Virus record (IMG/VR): IMGVR_UViG_3300034069_000992
Coordinates: 1-62,861 of that record
DNA from: a virus
DNA length: 62,861 nt
Reading direction: 5' to 3' (one strand)
Of the stretch, positions 25,539 through 34,809 are shown piece after piece (the stretch's first letter is position 1; each line of letters opens with the position of its first letter). A model generated the notes under the pieces. The model was not told the DNA's origin. It made no database searches and was given only the letters and a program-made list of their open reading frames with translations. The translations under genes were made by a program, and so were the position numbers.

Positions 25539-25918
25539 TCCGCCGCCCCAAGGGTCTCGACCATGACTCGCACATGGTTCTCAACGTCTATGAATGTGAT
25601 TGCGGCAATAGCTGGGAAGATACCTGGGATTGCGGTTGCGATGACGAGTGCGGGGAATGTGGCGCGGATGTCTCCCCATCTTCTAGCGAGGATGATCCAG
25701 ATTGCGACTGCGCGGATTGCCGTAACAAGCTTGTGCATCATTCTTCGCGGGCATGGTCGCGCGATGCTGACGGCTGGTGGTGCCGCCCGTTCTATCGCAA
25801 GGATGCGATAACGCTGGCGTTCTGCAATGACAGTCACGTCTTCAAGATGGATGGCCGGCTTTACTGCCGCAACGCGAAACAGAAACGCGTTCTTGATAAC
25901 GGGCGCCCCGTACGATGA
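25535..25918 (+). CDS. Cys-rich hypothetical protein
   Basis: 127 aa, CDCG...CGCDDECGECG...CDCADC; ATGA coupling. Confidence 0.55.
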   Translation: MIRRPKGLDHDSHMVLNVYECDCGNSWEDTWDCGCDDECGECGADVSPSSSEDDPDCDCADCRNKLVHHSSRAWSRDADGWWCRPFYRKDAITLAFCNDSHVFKMDGRLYCRNAKQKRVLDNGRPVR

Positions 25919-26085
25919 GCGCGGAACGCATCGACGCCGCCGCCCGCCGCCTGATCCGCGCCGCGAAAGAGATGCTTGACGCATACGGCGGAGACACTCC
26001 CGATTGGCTCCAGTCTGAGGCGATGCGGCTGGATGCCGCCGTCGATGAGATGGACGAAGCACTCAACACGAAGGAAGCACGATGA
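25915..26085 (+). CDS. 56-aa hypothetical protein
   Basis: Read by eye: MSAERIDAAARRLIRAAKEMLDAYGG...; ATGA overlaps at both ends. Confidence 0.45.
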   Translation: MSAERIDAAARRLIRAAKEMLDAYGGDTPDWLQSEAMRLDAAVDEMDEALNTKEAR

Positions 26086-26615
26086 ACCCGAACGATATTG
26101 ATCTGACCAACGCACAGCTTGCCGCCACCGCTACCAGTGAAGGCGACGGGCGCGAACGGTTCACCGTGCTGAACGTGTGGTACGTGCCCGACCATTCCCG
26201 CCCGTGGGTTGCTGAAGCGCTGGGCGTGTCCACGCTGCCCGGTGAGGTGACAAAGACGCGGCGGCTGGCGTCGGCATCGCTTGAGCGGGCAATGCGCTTG
26301 CTCGACGATAGCGATCTGGGCGTGATCGTGAAGGAAGGCGCGCGCGAGTGGGCACAGGAGCATGGGGCTCCGGTCCTGCCGCGCGGTGGGCTGTCCGCCG
26401 CGTGCGATCGCGAGGCACTGGCATTGCTCTTCGGCGTTGGGATCGAGGCGGTGTCTATCAGCGCCGCCGCCGTGGCGTTCAACATGGGCGAGTCCACCTT
26501 GCGCATGTCGATGAAGGATGGGCGCGATATCCGCGTGCCGCTCCGCCGCCTGCTGCCCTATCTCGACCGCGCCGCCTTCCGCCGCGACTTCGGTGCGGAG
26601 GTGTCCCGTGGATGA
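26082..26615 (+). CDS. Hypothetical protein
   Basis: 177-aa ORF. Confidence 0.55.
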   Translation: MNPNDIDLTNAQLAATATSEGDGRERFTVLNVWYVPDHSRPWVAEALGVSTLPGEVTKTRRLASASLERAMRLLDDSDLGVIVKEGAREWAQEHGAPVLPRGGLSAACDREALALLFGVGIEAVSISAAAVAFNMGESTLRMSMKDGRDIRVPLRRLLPYLDRAAFRRDFGAEVSRG

Positions 26616-26835
26616 GATGGTTTTTGAGATCGAAACCGGTGGCGGTGTAGTCATCTCGATCGAGCACCCATTCGGCGGGGCTGTAACCACTTACAAAGCG
26701 AGTGCGCCAGCCGCCCCGGAATACGTGGTTGCCCGCCGCAAGATGCTCATCGCCGCCGCTAAAGTTCTCGATGCCGCCACCGCCGTAGAACTGAACTGGT
26801 TGCTCGACGTGAAATTGGAGAACGCCCGTGCTTAA
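26608..26835 (+). CDS. Hypothetical protein (GTG 26608 or ATG 26617)
   Basis: C-terminal part of track ORF 26518..26835; start chosen by coupling to the upstream stop. Confidence 0.45.
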   Translation: MDEMVFEIETGGGVVISIEHPFGGAVTTYKASAPAAPEYVVARRKMLIAAAKVLDAATAVELNWLLDVKLENARA

Positions 26836-27784
26836 CTGGAGCCGCCTTGTGGGCCTGATCGCGCCCGACAACCGCAGCGCTGTGGAAGCCGCGCCGCCGC
26901 CGCAACCCATCCGCGTTATCCCAGGCGGACCCAACGCACCCGAACTGTGCATGCTGAGCGTGGAGTGGGATGGTCTCGACGCCGCCGTGCTCGCTGAACA
27001 GGAGTCCGGCGTTCCCGACGTGTGGCTGGCACAGGTCAAAATGGATGGCATCAACGCGATCTACATCGATGGCTGCATCGTCGGCGGCCGTGAGGGGGCA
27101 CCGCTCGATTGCGCTCTGCAATGCCAGCCCGGCTTGGCTCGGCTGGAGAAGGCGCTGGGCGAGCCTTACGTCTTCTTTGGCGAGTATGTCGCCAAGGATG
27201 GCTTCAACGCCACGCTGTCCGAGAACCGCAAGCGCGTCGGTGATGGCGTGTTCTGGATCTATGACGCCGTGCCCTTCCGTGAGTGGGCCACCGGGCGGGA
27301 TTACGCCACCGCGATCGAACTGCGCCTGACGCTGCTGCGCGATGCGTTCCAGCAAGCCGACACCGGCGCGTTCGTCGGCTTCCTCAACTTCTGGATGCTC
27401 AACGCCGCCGAGATGCGCGCCAAGGCGCACGAGGTGTGGGCCGCCGGTTATGAGGGGCTGGTGAAGAAGCGCGTGGGCTCGCCGTTTGTGCGCCGCCGCT
27501 CGCAGGACTGGCACAAGGTCAAGCAGCGCTTCAGCGCGCCGTGCGCAGTGATCGACACCATCCACAAGAACGGCAAGCTGCACCGTGTGATCGTGCGCGG
27601 GCCGGAGCCATCCGGTTCCAAGCCGATCACGCTCGCCGGCGGCTGGAGCGATGCTGAAGCCGAGTCGATCGACATCGGCATGGCTGAAGGCTCGCAAGGC
27701 CGCATCGTGAAGGTTGAGTTTGAACTGACTGTTTCCACCCCGCGCACCGTGCGTGCGCCTAAGTTCAAAGGATTGCTGGCATGA
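26828..27784 (+). CDS. ATP-dependent DNA ligase (minimal, nucleotidyltransferase + OB)
   Basis: Motif I VKMDG, motif III FFGEYV, motif IV WIYDAV, motif V EGLVKK. Confidence 0.8.
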   Translation: MLNWSRLVGLIAPDNRSAVEAAPPPQPIRVIPGGPNAPELCMLSVEWDGLDAAVLAEQESGVPDVWLAQVKMDGINAIYIDGCIVGGREGAPLDCALQCQPGLARLEKALGEPYVFFGEYVAKDGFNATLSENRKRVGDGVFWIYDAVPFREWATGRDYATAIELRLTLLRDAFQQADTGAFVGFLNFWMLNAAEMRAKAHEVWAAGYEGLVKKRVGSPFVRRRSQDWHKVKQRFSAPCAVIDTIHKNGKLHRVIVRGPEPSGSKPITLAGGWSDAEAESIDIGMAEGSQGRIVKVEFELTVSTPRTVRAPKFKGLLA

Positions 27785-27939
27785 GCAAGGTTTCTGGTCT
27801 CGCCGCCGACGGCGCTGCATGGTGGTCGCTCTTCATGATCGTGCTGTTCTGCTCGCTCCCGCTGATCGCGCACCCGCTCATCAACGCGCTGGCGTGGCTG
27901 CTCGATGGTCTCGACAGCTTCGGCGCGGGGTGGTGGTGA
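27781..27939 (+). CDS. 52-aa predicted membrane protein
   Basis: Read by eye: MSKVSGLAADGAAWWSLFMIVLFCSLPLIAHPLINALAWLLDG...; ATGA coupling. Confidence 0.45.
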   Translation: MSKVSGLAADGAAWWSLFMIVLFCSLPLIAHPLINALAWLLDGLDSFGAGWW

Positions 27940-28154
27940 TGAGCCTCGCAACCGATCCCCGCTTTTGGCCGTCCGTCCGCCGAATCCTGCGCTACCGACA
28001 GGATCTGCGCGACGCGCGGCGTGACGGCTTCGTGGAGGTGCGAGCGTTCGCGCCCCTGCCATGGCTGTCTCCGAGTAGCGGCAACCGCATCATCGCTACC
28101 CGCGTGAACCGCGATGGCACCGCGCTCTTCGTCAAAGTTGAAAGGATAGTTTGA
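27939..28154 (+). CDS. Hypothetical protein
   Basis: MSLATDPRFWPSVRRILRYRQDL...; TGATG coupling. Confidence 0.5.
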   Translation: MSLATDPRFWPSVRRILRYRQDLRDARRDGFVEVRAFAPLPWLSPSSGNRIIATRVNRDGTALFVKVERIV

Positions 28155-28441
28155 TGACGATGCCCATTCACATCGTCCGCGATATCGGCAACAAATGCAG
28201 TGACGACGTCGCTGCTGCCATCTCCCGCAACATGCATCTGGTGGACACACCGAAGGACGCCAGCAGCGTAGCATTTTTCGGGGCTGCATCAGCATTGGGC
28301 GCGGCATCCGGGGCGTTCCTGGCGACACAGCCGATGAACGGGGGTGGCATGCCCGCCGATGTGCTGGCGGCGGCGCTGTGGAGCATCCTTCAGCCGATGG
28401 TTGTGGGCAGCATCGAGCGCATACAGGAGAGGAAAGCGTAA
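28151..28441 (+). CDS. Hypothetical protein
   Basis: 96-aa ORF. Confidence 0.5.
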   Translation: MMTMPIHIVRDIGNKCSDDVAAAISRNMHLVDTPKDASSVAFFGAASALGAASGAFLATQPMNGGGMPADVLAAALWSILQPMVVGSIERIQERKA

Positions 28442-28788
28442 TGGATCACATCCCAAGCAATAAATCAGCCAGCTTCGTTGATACGAGCGCCGACGATTAT
28501 ATGCCGCGCGCGCACTTCGCGCCGCATACGACGCACGACGAAGGCGGCTTTCACATCGTGCACCCTGCGGGCTCTCTGAAGATCGGGACGTTGCACGATC
28601 GCGATAACGATCGCCCGGTGCCGATCATCCGCGTGGATCACGTCGGCGGCCCCACCTCGCTTCTGTTCGTCCCCAACGCGCAGGAGATGCGCCTGTTCGC
28701 CACCGCCATGACACAGATGGCCGACGAGATGGAAGCCGAAGCCGCCGATCTGCTCGCTGGTGCACTCAAGCGGAAGCCGGGCGCATGA
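28441..28788 (+). CDS. Hypothetical protein
   Basis: MDHIPSNKSASFVD...; TAATG coupling. Confidence 0.5.
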   Translation: MDHIPSNKSASFVDTSADDYMPRAHFAPHTTHDEGGFHIVHPAGSLKIGTLHDRDNDRPVPIIRVDHVGGPTSLLFVPNAQEMRLFATAMTQMADEMEAEAADLLAGALKRKPGA

Positions 28789-28961
28789 AGTGGGAGCAGG
28801 CCACCTTCCTAGCGTTCGGTGTGGCGGTGCTGGTGGCGGGCATAGCCGGCATGATCGGCTGCTTCGTCTACCACCGCAGCGCATCTCTGTTCGGCTGCGC
28901 CTGTATGGTGATGGCCGGGGTAATCTTCATCGACGGGGCTCTGGGAGGTCCGGGTGCATGA
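28785..28961 (+). CDS. 58-aa predicted two-TM membrane protein
   Basis: Read by eye: MKWEQATFLAFGVAVLVAGIAGMIGCFVYH...CMVMAGVIFIDGAL. Confidence 0.45.
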   Translation: MKWEQATFLAFGVAVLVAGIAGMIGCFVYHRSASLFGCACMVMAGVIFIDGALGGPGA

Positions 28962-29227
28962 GCGATCATAAAGAGATCATCGGCATTGACGAGCATCGTT
29001 ACGTCGACACCTATCTGCGCAGCTATCCGGTCAAGGTTATGCAGCCGCGCGCGATGGTGATGCTCAACGTCGACAGCGGGGGACCGCCCGCGCCACCGCT
29101 TGAGCCTAATCGCATTGTGCGCACCGAACGCATCCTGCGCCTGCTCACGCTGCTGCAATCGAGCGATCCGCGGCAGCGGAAACGCGGGACTCGGTTGGCG
29201 ACCGATGCGCTGAAGAGGAAAAAGTAA
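28958..29227 (+). CDS. Hypothetical protein
   Basis: MSDHKEIIGIDEHRYVDTYL...; ATGA coupling. Confidence 0.5.
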   Translation: MSDHKEIIGIDEHRYVDTYLRSYPVKVMQPRAMVMLNVDSGGPPAPPLEPNRIVRTERILRLLTLLQSSDPRQRKRGTRLATDALKRKK

Positions 29228-29520
29228 TGGAAGATTTCCAACGCGAATTTCTCGCCGCGATCGCAGCCAGCTTGGCCGATCACGGCGAGGTAGTGATCGG
29301 ACTCGATCCCGCCTCCGGCCTTGACCAAGCGGCGATCATCGACTTGCATCGCACCATTATAGAGGGGGCGGGGCCGGAATACGTGCTGGTGCGTCACGAC
29401 GTGCTCGATAGGATAGACGAACTCCACGCAATGCACCTTGCACCGCCACCGTCGCGATATCGCGACTATCTTAAACACGATCCTACGAAGTCACACCGCC
29501 GCCGGCGGAACCGGCGCTAA
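29227..29520 (+). CDS. Hypothetical protein
   Basis: 97-aa ORF, TAATG coupling. Confidence 0.5.
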   Translation: MEDFQREFLAAIAASLADHGEVVIGLDPASGLDQAAIIDLHRTIIEGAGPEYVLVRHDVLDRIDELHAMHLAPPPSRYRDYLKHDPTKSHRRRRNRR

Positions 29521-29536
29521 TCGAAAGGCCACCGAT

Positions 29537-29821
29537 ATGAACCAGACAATCCCACCCACCCTTGGCGCCGGCGACACGATCGCGCTCGAATTCATGGATG
29601 TTCCCGTCAACATCGGGAAAGCGCGATCGCGCGCTGCTTGCGTGGCTATCACCGCCAGCCCCAACTCGCCGATCGGCCCTAAGGTTGTGCTGTCGGTCAA
29701 TGCGGCCGCGCCGGGGGAGGATCGGGCGCGCGCGCACGTGGCGCATCTGAGCGCGGAGGAAGCGATATGGCTCGCAGGCCGCTTGCTGTCCGCCGTTGCC
29801 GACCTGAGTGATCCACTATGA
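29537..29821 (+). CDS. Hypothetical protein
   Basis: MNQTIPPTLGAGDTIALEF...; AAAGG upstream. Confidence 0.5.
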   Translation: MNQTIPPTLGAGDTIALEFMDVPVNIGKARSRAACVAITASPNSPIGPKVVLSVNAAAPGEDRARAHVAHLSAEEAIWLAGRLLSAVADLSDPL

Positions 29822-30075
29822 GGGGCGACGATCGCGTTTCGCGCATGGCCGCCGTGCTGGTGATGGCCGCCGGCGGGAAGATCAGCATCGATCTGGATCT
29901 GATCGCCAACGCGCGCTTCATCCGCCTGCACCAGACGGACGATCCGCGCACCAACAAGGTGCACTACACCGCAACCTACGATCGCGAAGGGCAAGGCCCG
30001 ATCGTCGATAACGACGACGTGGTGATCGAGCACATGAAGATCCTGCCGAGCAACAAGGGGAGCCACACCCGATGA
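29818..30075 (+). CDS. Hypothetical protein
   Basis: 85-aa ORF, ATGA coupling. Confidence 0.5.
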   Translation: MRGDDRVSRMAAVLVMAAGGKISIDLDLIANARFIRLHQTDDPRTNKVHYTATYDREGQGPIVDNDDVVIEHMKILPSNKGSHTR

Positions 30076-30272
30076 CGCGCCACCGCACACAATTCGTCCG
30101 CGAGGGCTCCGGCTACAACTTCAACGGGCCGAAGGCGCGCGCGCTGAAGGGCAAGCTGTCTCTCGTTACCGCGCAGAACGCGAAGCGGGTGCCGTGCTCG
30201 ATCTGCGGCATCGGCATCCTGCCTGGCGCCATGCAGGCGCACACCGAAACCGTGCATGGAGATGACCAGTGA
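30072..30272 (+). CDS. Hypothetical protein
   Basis: 66-aa ORF, ATGA coupling. Confidence 0.5.
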   Translation: MTRHRTQFVREGSGYNFNGPKARALKGKLSLVTAQNAKRVPCSICGIGILPGAMQAHTETVHGDDQ

Positions 30273-30661
30273 GCGACAAGCGGCCGATTGACACGTCAAC
30301 CCTTGGTCCGATCAGGCTGGGGCAGCCGAACGCGATGGACAAAGCCCGAGAACTCTACGCCAGAGCGCTGGAAGATGCAGGTTGCGGCGGGTCGGCGTTT
30401 ATCCGCAAAGGGCACGGCAACATCTGGGTTGATCCTGCCTTAGCTGTGATCGCCACCCTGCTCAAGCAGGCGGAGGCCGCACCGGGAGTGGTGGAGGCGG
30501 TCAAGGCCGAGATCGAGCGACAGTGCAGCATCGGCGCGGGAACGTGTCAGCGTGATTCGGAAACAGGGCTGATCGAAGTTCACGCGGACATAGACGCCAA
30601 CGGGTTTGCAGCCGCTATGACCGAAGCCCTCGCCCGCCAGCATGGGGCGCAGGAACAGTGA
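30269..30661 (+). CDS. Hypothetical protein
   Basis: 130-aa ORF. Confidence 0.55.
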   Translation: MSDKRPIDTSTLGPIRLGQPNAMDKARELYARALEDAGCGGSAFIRKGHGNIWVDPALAVIATLLKQAEAAPGVVEAVKAEIERQCSIGAGTCQRDSETGLIEVHADIDANGFAAAMTEALARQHGAQEQ

Positions 30662-30912
30662 AGCGCATATTCTACGGGCTGGTGTGCGTGCAGGTATCTG
30701 CCCCCGGCAAGATTGACCAGCATAACGAGTGCTGGTTTGACGTTGCGTCCTCAAAGGATGAAGCGCTCGGCAGGTGGTCGAAACTGGCGCTGGCAAAGCA
30801 CTCAGGCGGTGTGATCGCTTGGATGGACGCCTACGACATTACGGACGCGGCGCGATCCGCTATTTCTATGATCGCCGCCGCCCCGGCAACCGATGCGGGG
30901 GAGGGGAACTGA
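30658..30912 (+). CDS. Hypothetical protein
   Basis: 84-aa ORF. Confidence 0.5.
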   Translation: MKRIFYGLVCVQVSAPGKIDQHNECWFDVASSKDEALGRWSKLALAKHSGGVIAWMDAYDITDAARSAISMIAAAPATDAGEGN

Positions 30913-30913
30913 C

Positions 30914-31024
30914 ATGCAATATCCCACAAAGCGCCTGGATGTTTGGAAGGTAGTGCTCATCGTCTCGATAAACGCCGCTCTATGCTCCTGCATCGTGATC
31001 GGCGCCTTGCGTGTTTTCACATAA
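30914..31024 (+). CDS. 36-aa predicted membrane peptide
   Basis: Read by eye: MQYPTKRLDVWKVVLIVSINAALCSCIVIGALRVFT; starts 1 nt after the upstream TGA. Confidence 0.35.
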   Translation: MQYPTKRLDVWKVVLIVSINAALCSCIVIGALRVFT

Positions 31025-31080
31025 CAATGGATAGGTGCGGGGCGTATCGGTGGCCCCTGCACTCCTTGGAGCGTAGGTCG

Positions 31081-31130
31081 ACACGCAAAGGGAAGGCCCG
31101 GTGGATCACTCCGCCGGGCCTTCTTCGTTT
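31081..31130. terminator. Bidirectional intrinsic terminator between the convergent plus block and the minus-strand late operon
   Basis: GAAGGCCCGG (31092-31101) / CCGGGCCTTC (31114-31123). Followed by TTCTTCGTTT on the plus strand and CCTTTGCGTGT on the minus strand. Confidence 0.75.
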
Positions 31131-31145
31131 CAGCAGTGGTGCAGA

Positions 31146-31388
31146 TCAGCCGCGGAGATGCGCCGCCGTCGATTCCACATGCGCCGTCACCTTCGCTTCG
31201 ATCGCATCACGCTCCTGTGCCAGCGGCACCGGGATCTTGCCGTCGAACAGATCCTTGGCATGGTCAATCGTCTCCACGATCTTCGAGCCAAGCGCGATCG
31301 CCTCAGGGGCACCGTGTCCGATGATCGGCGCGGCGGCTTGCGCCAGGTCGAGCAGGCTGTCGAGCAGCCCCATCTTCGGGTTTCCCAT
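31146..31388 (-). CDS. Hypothetical protein (last gene of the late operon)
   Basis: 80-aa ORF. Confidence 0.5.
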   Translation of the reverse strand: MGNPKMGLLDSLLDLAQAAAPIIGHGAPEAIALGSKIVETIDHAKDLFDGKIPVPLAQERDAIEAKVTAHVESTAAHLRG

Positions 31389-31389
31389 G

Positions 31390-31926
31390 TCAGTTCCCCT
31401 TCAGGGTGCCGAGCGCGGAACGGGCGCCGGCGAGTGCCGCCTTCGCCTGCTCTAGTGCTGCTCGGTAGTTTTCGGCCTGTCCCGCGCGTTGCGCCTGGCT
31501 GGCGATGCGCAGCCATTTGGAGGAACCCTCCAAGGCGTCGGCAAGACGTTTGGCGCCCACGGTGCCGGCAACGCTTGGCTTGGCCGCAAGCAATGCGTCG
31601 GCCGCGTAGGCAGCGGTGTCGAGCGCGTCATAGGCGACGGCGATCGCGGCGTCGTCGATCGTGGTCGATGCGAGCGGCGACACCGTGGAGATCGGCGGTA
31701 GCGTGGCGTCTGCGACGGCGGCCACAACCGATTCGCTGGTGGTGAGTGGAGGTGTCTGCTGACCGGCAGACGATGCGGCCGGCGAGGAACCCGGGCTGGC
31801 GACCCCGCCGGTTGGGCCGCAAGAGGATAAGCAGGCCGCCGCGGCGAGGCACAGCCATCCCCCGATATTGAATTGTCTCACGGATCTTCTCCGAAGCGCC
31901 GGGCGATTCGCCGGCAGCGCCATCAT
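31390..31926 (-). CDS. Lipoprotein downstream of the endolysin (possible spanin component)
   Basis: Signal peptide with lipobox WLCLAAAACLSS-C; the position next to the endolysin is the only functional hint. Confidence 0.5.
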   Translation of the reverse strand: MMALPANRPALRRRSVRQFNIGGWLCLAAAACLSSCGPTGGVASPGSSPAASSAGQQTPPLTTSESVVAAVADATLPPISTVSPLASTTIDDAAIAVAYDALDTAAYAADALLAAKPSVAGTVGAKRLADALEGSSKWLRIASQAQRAGQAENYRAALEQAKAALAGARSALGTLKGN

Positions 31927-31952
31927 GCGCGCCGCCGGCGATGCGCACCAGC

Positions 31953-32711
31953 CTACTTCAGATAGGTCCCCGCGCGCGCCGTGTACTTCACGCGATCAGG
32001 CATGCCGTTCGGAGTGCCCGACACCACCGGGTTGCCCATGTTGATGCCGCGCGAGACGGCCATGAGATCGTCGGTGTCGGCGTAACGGTTGAGGCTCTTC
32101 ATCGTCCAGTAACGCGCCATGATGCGCTGGCTGATGCGAGGATCTGCCGCCAGGTCCGGGTTGCCATGCAGATCGATCTTCAGAGCAGTGCCGATATCAA
32201 CGTAGTTGCCGCCGAACGTCACCATCGTCATGCCGCGCCCGCGATAGCGCCAGCCATCGCCGCTCGCTTCGTCACCATTGCCGTAGCGACTGGCATAGAC
32301 GTGGTTGGCGATCATCTCCGGATTGCGGGCATGCTTGCGAGCGAGATCGGTGGGCTTGCCGTCCTTGGACGTCGGCTTGCCATTGCTGCTGTAACCACGC
32401 GTCGGAAAGGTGTCGCACAGCCCGGTGACGCTGTAGTTGAGGTTCTCGACAAACTTCCGGAAGCCACCGGTCTCGGCAGCAGCTTGCCCGACGTAGTGGA
32501 TCATGCGCAGCGGCGTGATGATGCCGGCATCCGGCCACGCATCGAGCGCACCGTCTGCCAGCGCCAAGGCGACATCGCCCAAGTCGCCGCCGGACACCGC
32601 AGAGAAGAGCGCGGCGAACGTCTGTCGGCCGCCGAGCCCGTCTATGCCATGCGTGTCAAAGCCCGCCGTGGTAAGCCGTTGCTGCACCGTCTTATCGATC
32701 GCGATCACCAT
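31953..32711 (-). CDS. Endolysin, glycoside hydrolase family 19 (chitinase-like lysozyme)
   Basis: HYVGQAAAETGGF...GDGWRYRGRGMTMVTFGGNY pattern typical of GH19 phage lysins. Confidence 0.8.
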   Translation of the reverse strand: MVIAIDKTVQQRLTTAGFDTHGIDGLGGRQTFAALFSAVSGGDLGDVALALADGALDAWPDAGIITPLRMIHYVGQAAAETGGFRKFVENLNYSVTGLCDTFPTRGYSSNGKPTSKDGKPTDLARKHARNPEMIANHVYASRYGNGDEASGDGWRYRGRGMTMVTFGGNYVDIGTALKIDLHGNPDLAADPRISQRIMARYWTMKSLNRYADTDDLMAVSRGINMGNPVVSGTPNGMPDRVKYTARAGTYLK

Positions 32712-32720
32712 GGCCGCGCC

Positions 32721-33551
32721 TTACTTCGAGGGAGCGGGCGGCGGTGAGCCGAGCGCGTCGCCGGGGATGTGCGGAGTGGTGTCTGCCGCCGGCGCCACTG
32801 GAGGGGCGACTGCCGCCGCGTTTCGATCAGCGGTGTCCGTCGGGTTTCGCCACCGACCATCGATATATGCCCACCCCTTACTCTCTGCGAAGGGGCGGAA
32901 TCCGTGGTCATTTTCCGGGTCGGAGGCCGCAGCCTTTCCGTATTCAGCGTATAGATCAAGGAAATCGGCATCGTTGTCCGCCGCCGGTCGCGAAGCGTCT
33001 ACTCGAATATGATCTGCTTCCCCGAGTAGCAGCGGGGCAAGCAAGATCTTATTACCCGGCGCCATGACCGGGATGCGAGGCTCTGGTGCGGGTGGCGCAA
33101 CAGGCGGCATCGGAGGCGACTGTATCGGAGCAAGCCCAAGCGTTCCGATTGCGTCCGCGCCAACAAGGCGCGTTGTCGTTTCGCGCGCGCGCGTAGGAGC
33201 GGGATCGTTGACCGCCGCCGCGACCTCGCTTTTCAGCATCGCCAGCTTGTTCGGCACCGCTCCGGTGAGTTCGATGTCGCGGACCTTCTTGAACCACGAC
33301 TTCACCGTGCGCCACACGATCCAGAAGACAGGTGCGAGCATCGTGCCGACGGTGGTGAGCCAGCCGATCGTGTCGTCACGCATGAGCAGCGCGCGGATTG
33401 CGTTGAGATCGTGTGCCGACGCCAGGCGCATGAGCGCACCGAACAGGGTGACGCCGAAGAAGATCAGGCTGAAGATGGTAGTGAGCGCGGCGGTACGCGG
33501 GCTATCCCCCACAACATACTTGGGTGTCGTCGAGTCGGTAGGTGTTGGCAT
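32721..33551 (-). CDS. Membrane protein with Pro-rich linker (lysis cassette)
   Basis: Two N-terminal TM segments (ALTTIFSLIFFGVTLFGALM, WLTTVGTMLAPVFWIVW). Confidence 0.5.
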   Translation of the reverse strand: MPTPTDSTTPKYVVGDSPRTAALTTIFSLIFFGVTLFGALMRLASAHDLNAIRALLMRDDTIGWLTTVGTMLAPVFWIVWRTVKSWFKKVRDIELTGAVPNKLAMLKSEVAAAVNDPAPTRARETTTRLVGADAIGTLGLAPIQSPPMPPVAPPAPEPRIPVMAPGNKILLAPLLLGEADHIRVDASRPAADNDADFLDLYAEYGKAAASDPENDHGFRPFAESKGWAYIDGRWRNPTDTADRNAAAVAPPVAPAADTTPHIPGDALGSPPPAPSK

Positions 33552-33583
33552 GGTGGCCTCCTGCTATTGGAGGCCAAGCCTTA

Positions 33584-34024
33584 CTAGCTTTTCGGCGCGT
33601 CGTCAGTCGGGCCAATGCTTTTTACCAAGCCGCTGCGCACGGCATCCCAGATCGTCACGAAGAACTTGGAGCGCATAACGCTCACCGTGCCTGCGCCGGC
33701 CGCGCCGAAGCTGCCGCCGACCCAGAACGAATTGCCCGGCCCCACCTGGTGATCGATGATGAACGTCGCCGTCCCAAGCACAGCGATGCCAGTGACAGCG
33801 AGGTTATAGCTGAGCAGCTTGTTCTTATCGCTCGCGCCGACGATCACCCGCACCAGCAGCGCGGTAAGCACACCGACACCCACCGCGAAGATCGGGACCG
33901 GGCCGATGAATGGAATGTCTGTGGGGGCGACGGTGTGGAGGGGAACCGCAGGGGCGGCAGCAGCGCCCATGGTCGCTGCGCCTACGATTGTCGACGCAAC
34001 CCCGTAAATCTTCGCCCCGATCAT
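33584..34024 (-). CDS. Multi-TM membrane protein, holin candidate
   Basis: 146 aa with several Gly/Ala-rich hydrophobic segments; position upstream of the endolysin. Confidence 0.45.
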   Translation of the reverse strand: MIGAKIYGVASTIVGAATMGAAAAPAVPLHTVAPTDIPFIGPVPIFAVGVGVLTALLVRVIVGASDKNKLLSYNLAVTGIAVLGTATFIIDHQVGPGNSFWVGGSFGAAGAGTVSVMRSKFFVTIWDAVRSGLVKSIGPTDDAPKS

Positions 34025-34025
34025 G

Positions 34026-34574
34026 CTACCACCGCTTCCCCAGCGCGATGAGGGTAGAGATCACAAACACAAGCGCGATCACTTTCACCAACTTCGCTAC
34101 CCTTGCGCGGGGCAACAGCGGAGGCAAGGCGCCGCCGCCGCTCTCGCGGGCTATGCGCACCATACTCATGCAGACGGACGGATAGAAGATAAATACTAGC
34201 GACATCCACGTCATAGCCGGAATGACTGCGAGCGCGTCGCACCACCGCTTCAGCACTAGGATGTTGCTCGCAAGCGTGATGTTCTCGTGCCACGTAATCA
34301 TCATCGCCGCTTCAGGCGCAGAGCGCAGGAACGCCGATAGGCCGCAGCAAAAGAAGATCACTCGCATGGCGAAGAGGGGTTCATAGGGGAAGGCTTCGCG
34401 CCTGCCATGCACGATCTCTTTCGCCATCCAGGACGTCACCATGCCGCCGACGATCGAGATGCACATCAGCGCGAACAAGGCGAGCTGGTAGCGAATGGTC
34501 GAACCATCGAAGCTTGCCGGATACGGGCTAGGAACGCCCGCGACCATAGCTTTGGGGAGGTTGTGCAACATCAC
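34026..34574 (-). CDS. Multi-TM membrane protein
   Basis: 182 aa, at least 4 hydrophobic helices. Confidence 0.5.
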   Translation of the reverse strand: MMLHNLPKAMVAGVPSPYPASFDGSTIRYQLALFALMCISIVGGMVTSWMAKEIVHGRREAFPYEPLFAMRVIFFCCGLSAFLRSAPEAAMMITWHENITLASNILVLKRWCDALAVIPAMTWMSLVFIFYPSVCMSMVRIARESGGGALPPLLPRARVAKLVKVIALVFVISTLIALGKRW

Positions 34575-34732
34575 TTCCGCACTGTCCGATCGATCATGCG
34601 CAGCGCCAGGTCGAAATCGGGGTTCGGGCCTTCTTCATTGCGTACCTTTTCAACGCTCGCGATCCAGTCTCGATACGCCTTGCGGGGATTGAGACGTGAT
34701 GCAAGCACATCGGTAATTGTACGGATAGCCAT
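34571..34732 (-). CDS. Small hypothetical protein
   Basis: ATG 34732 preceded by GGAGGAACGTCAG; MAIRTITDVLASRLNPRKAY... Confidence 0.5.
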   Translation of the reverse strand: MAIRTITDVLASRLNPRKAYRDWIASVEKVRNEEGPNPDFDLALRMIDRTVRK

Positions 34733-34809
34733 CTGACGTTCCTCCGACCGGCGCGCGGGATAAGAACCGTTCACCGCAGATACGCCTAACGCGCCGGCAG
34801 CGCCATAGA

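Noticed and set aside
27930-27950. GUGAUGAGCC resembling the hammerhead box
   Set aside because: C3 is replaced by G. The motif is the TGATG stop/start junction of two coupled ORFs, and there is no partner GAAA or stems.
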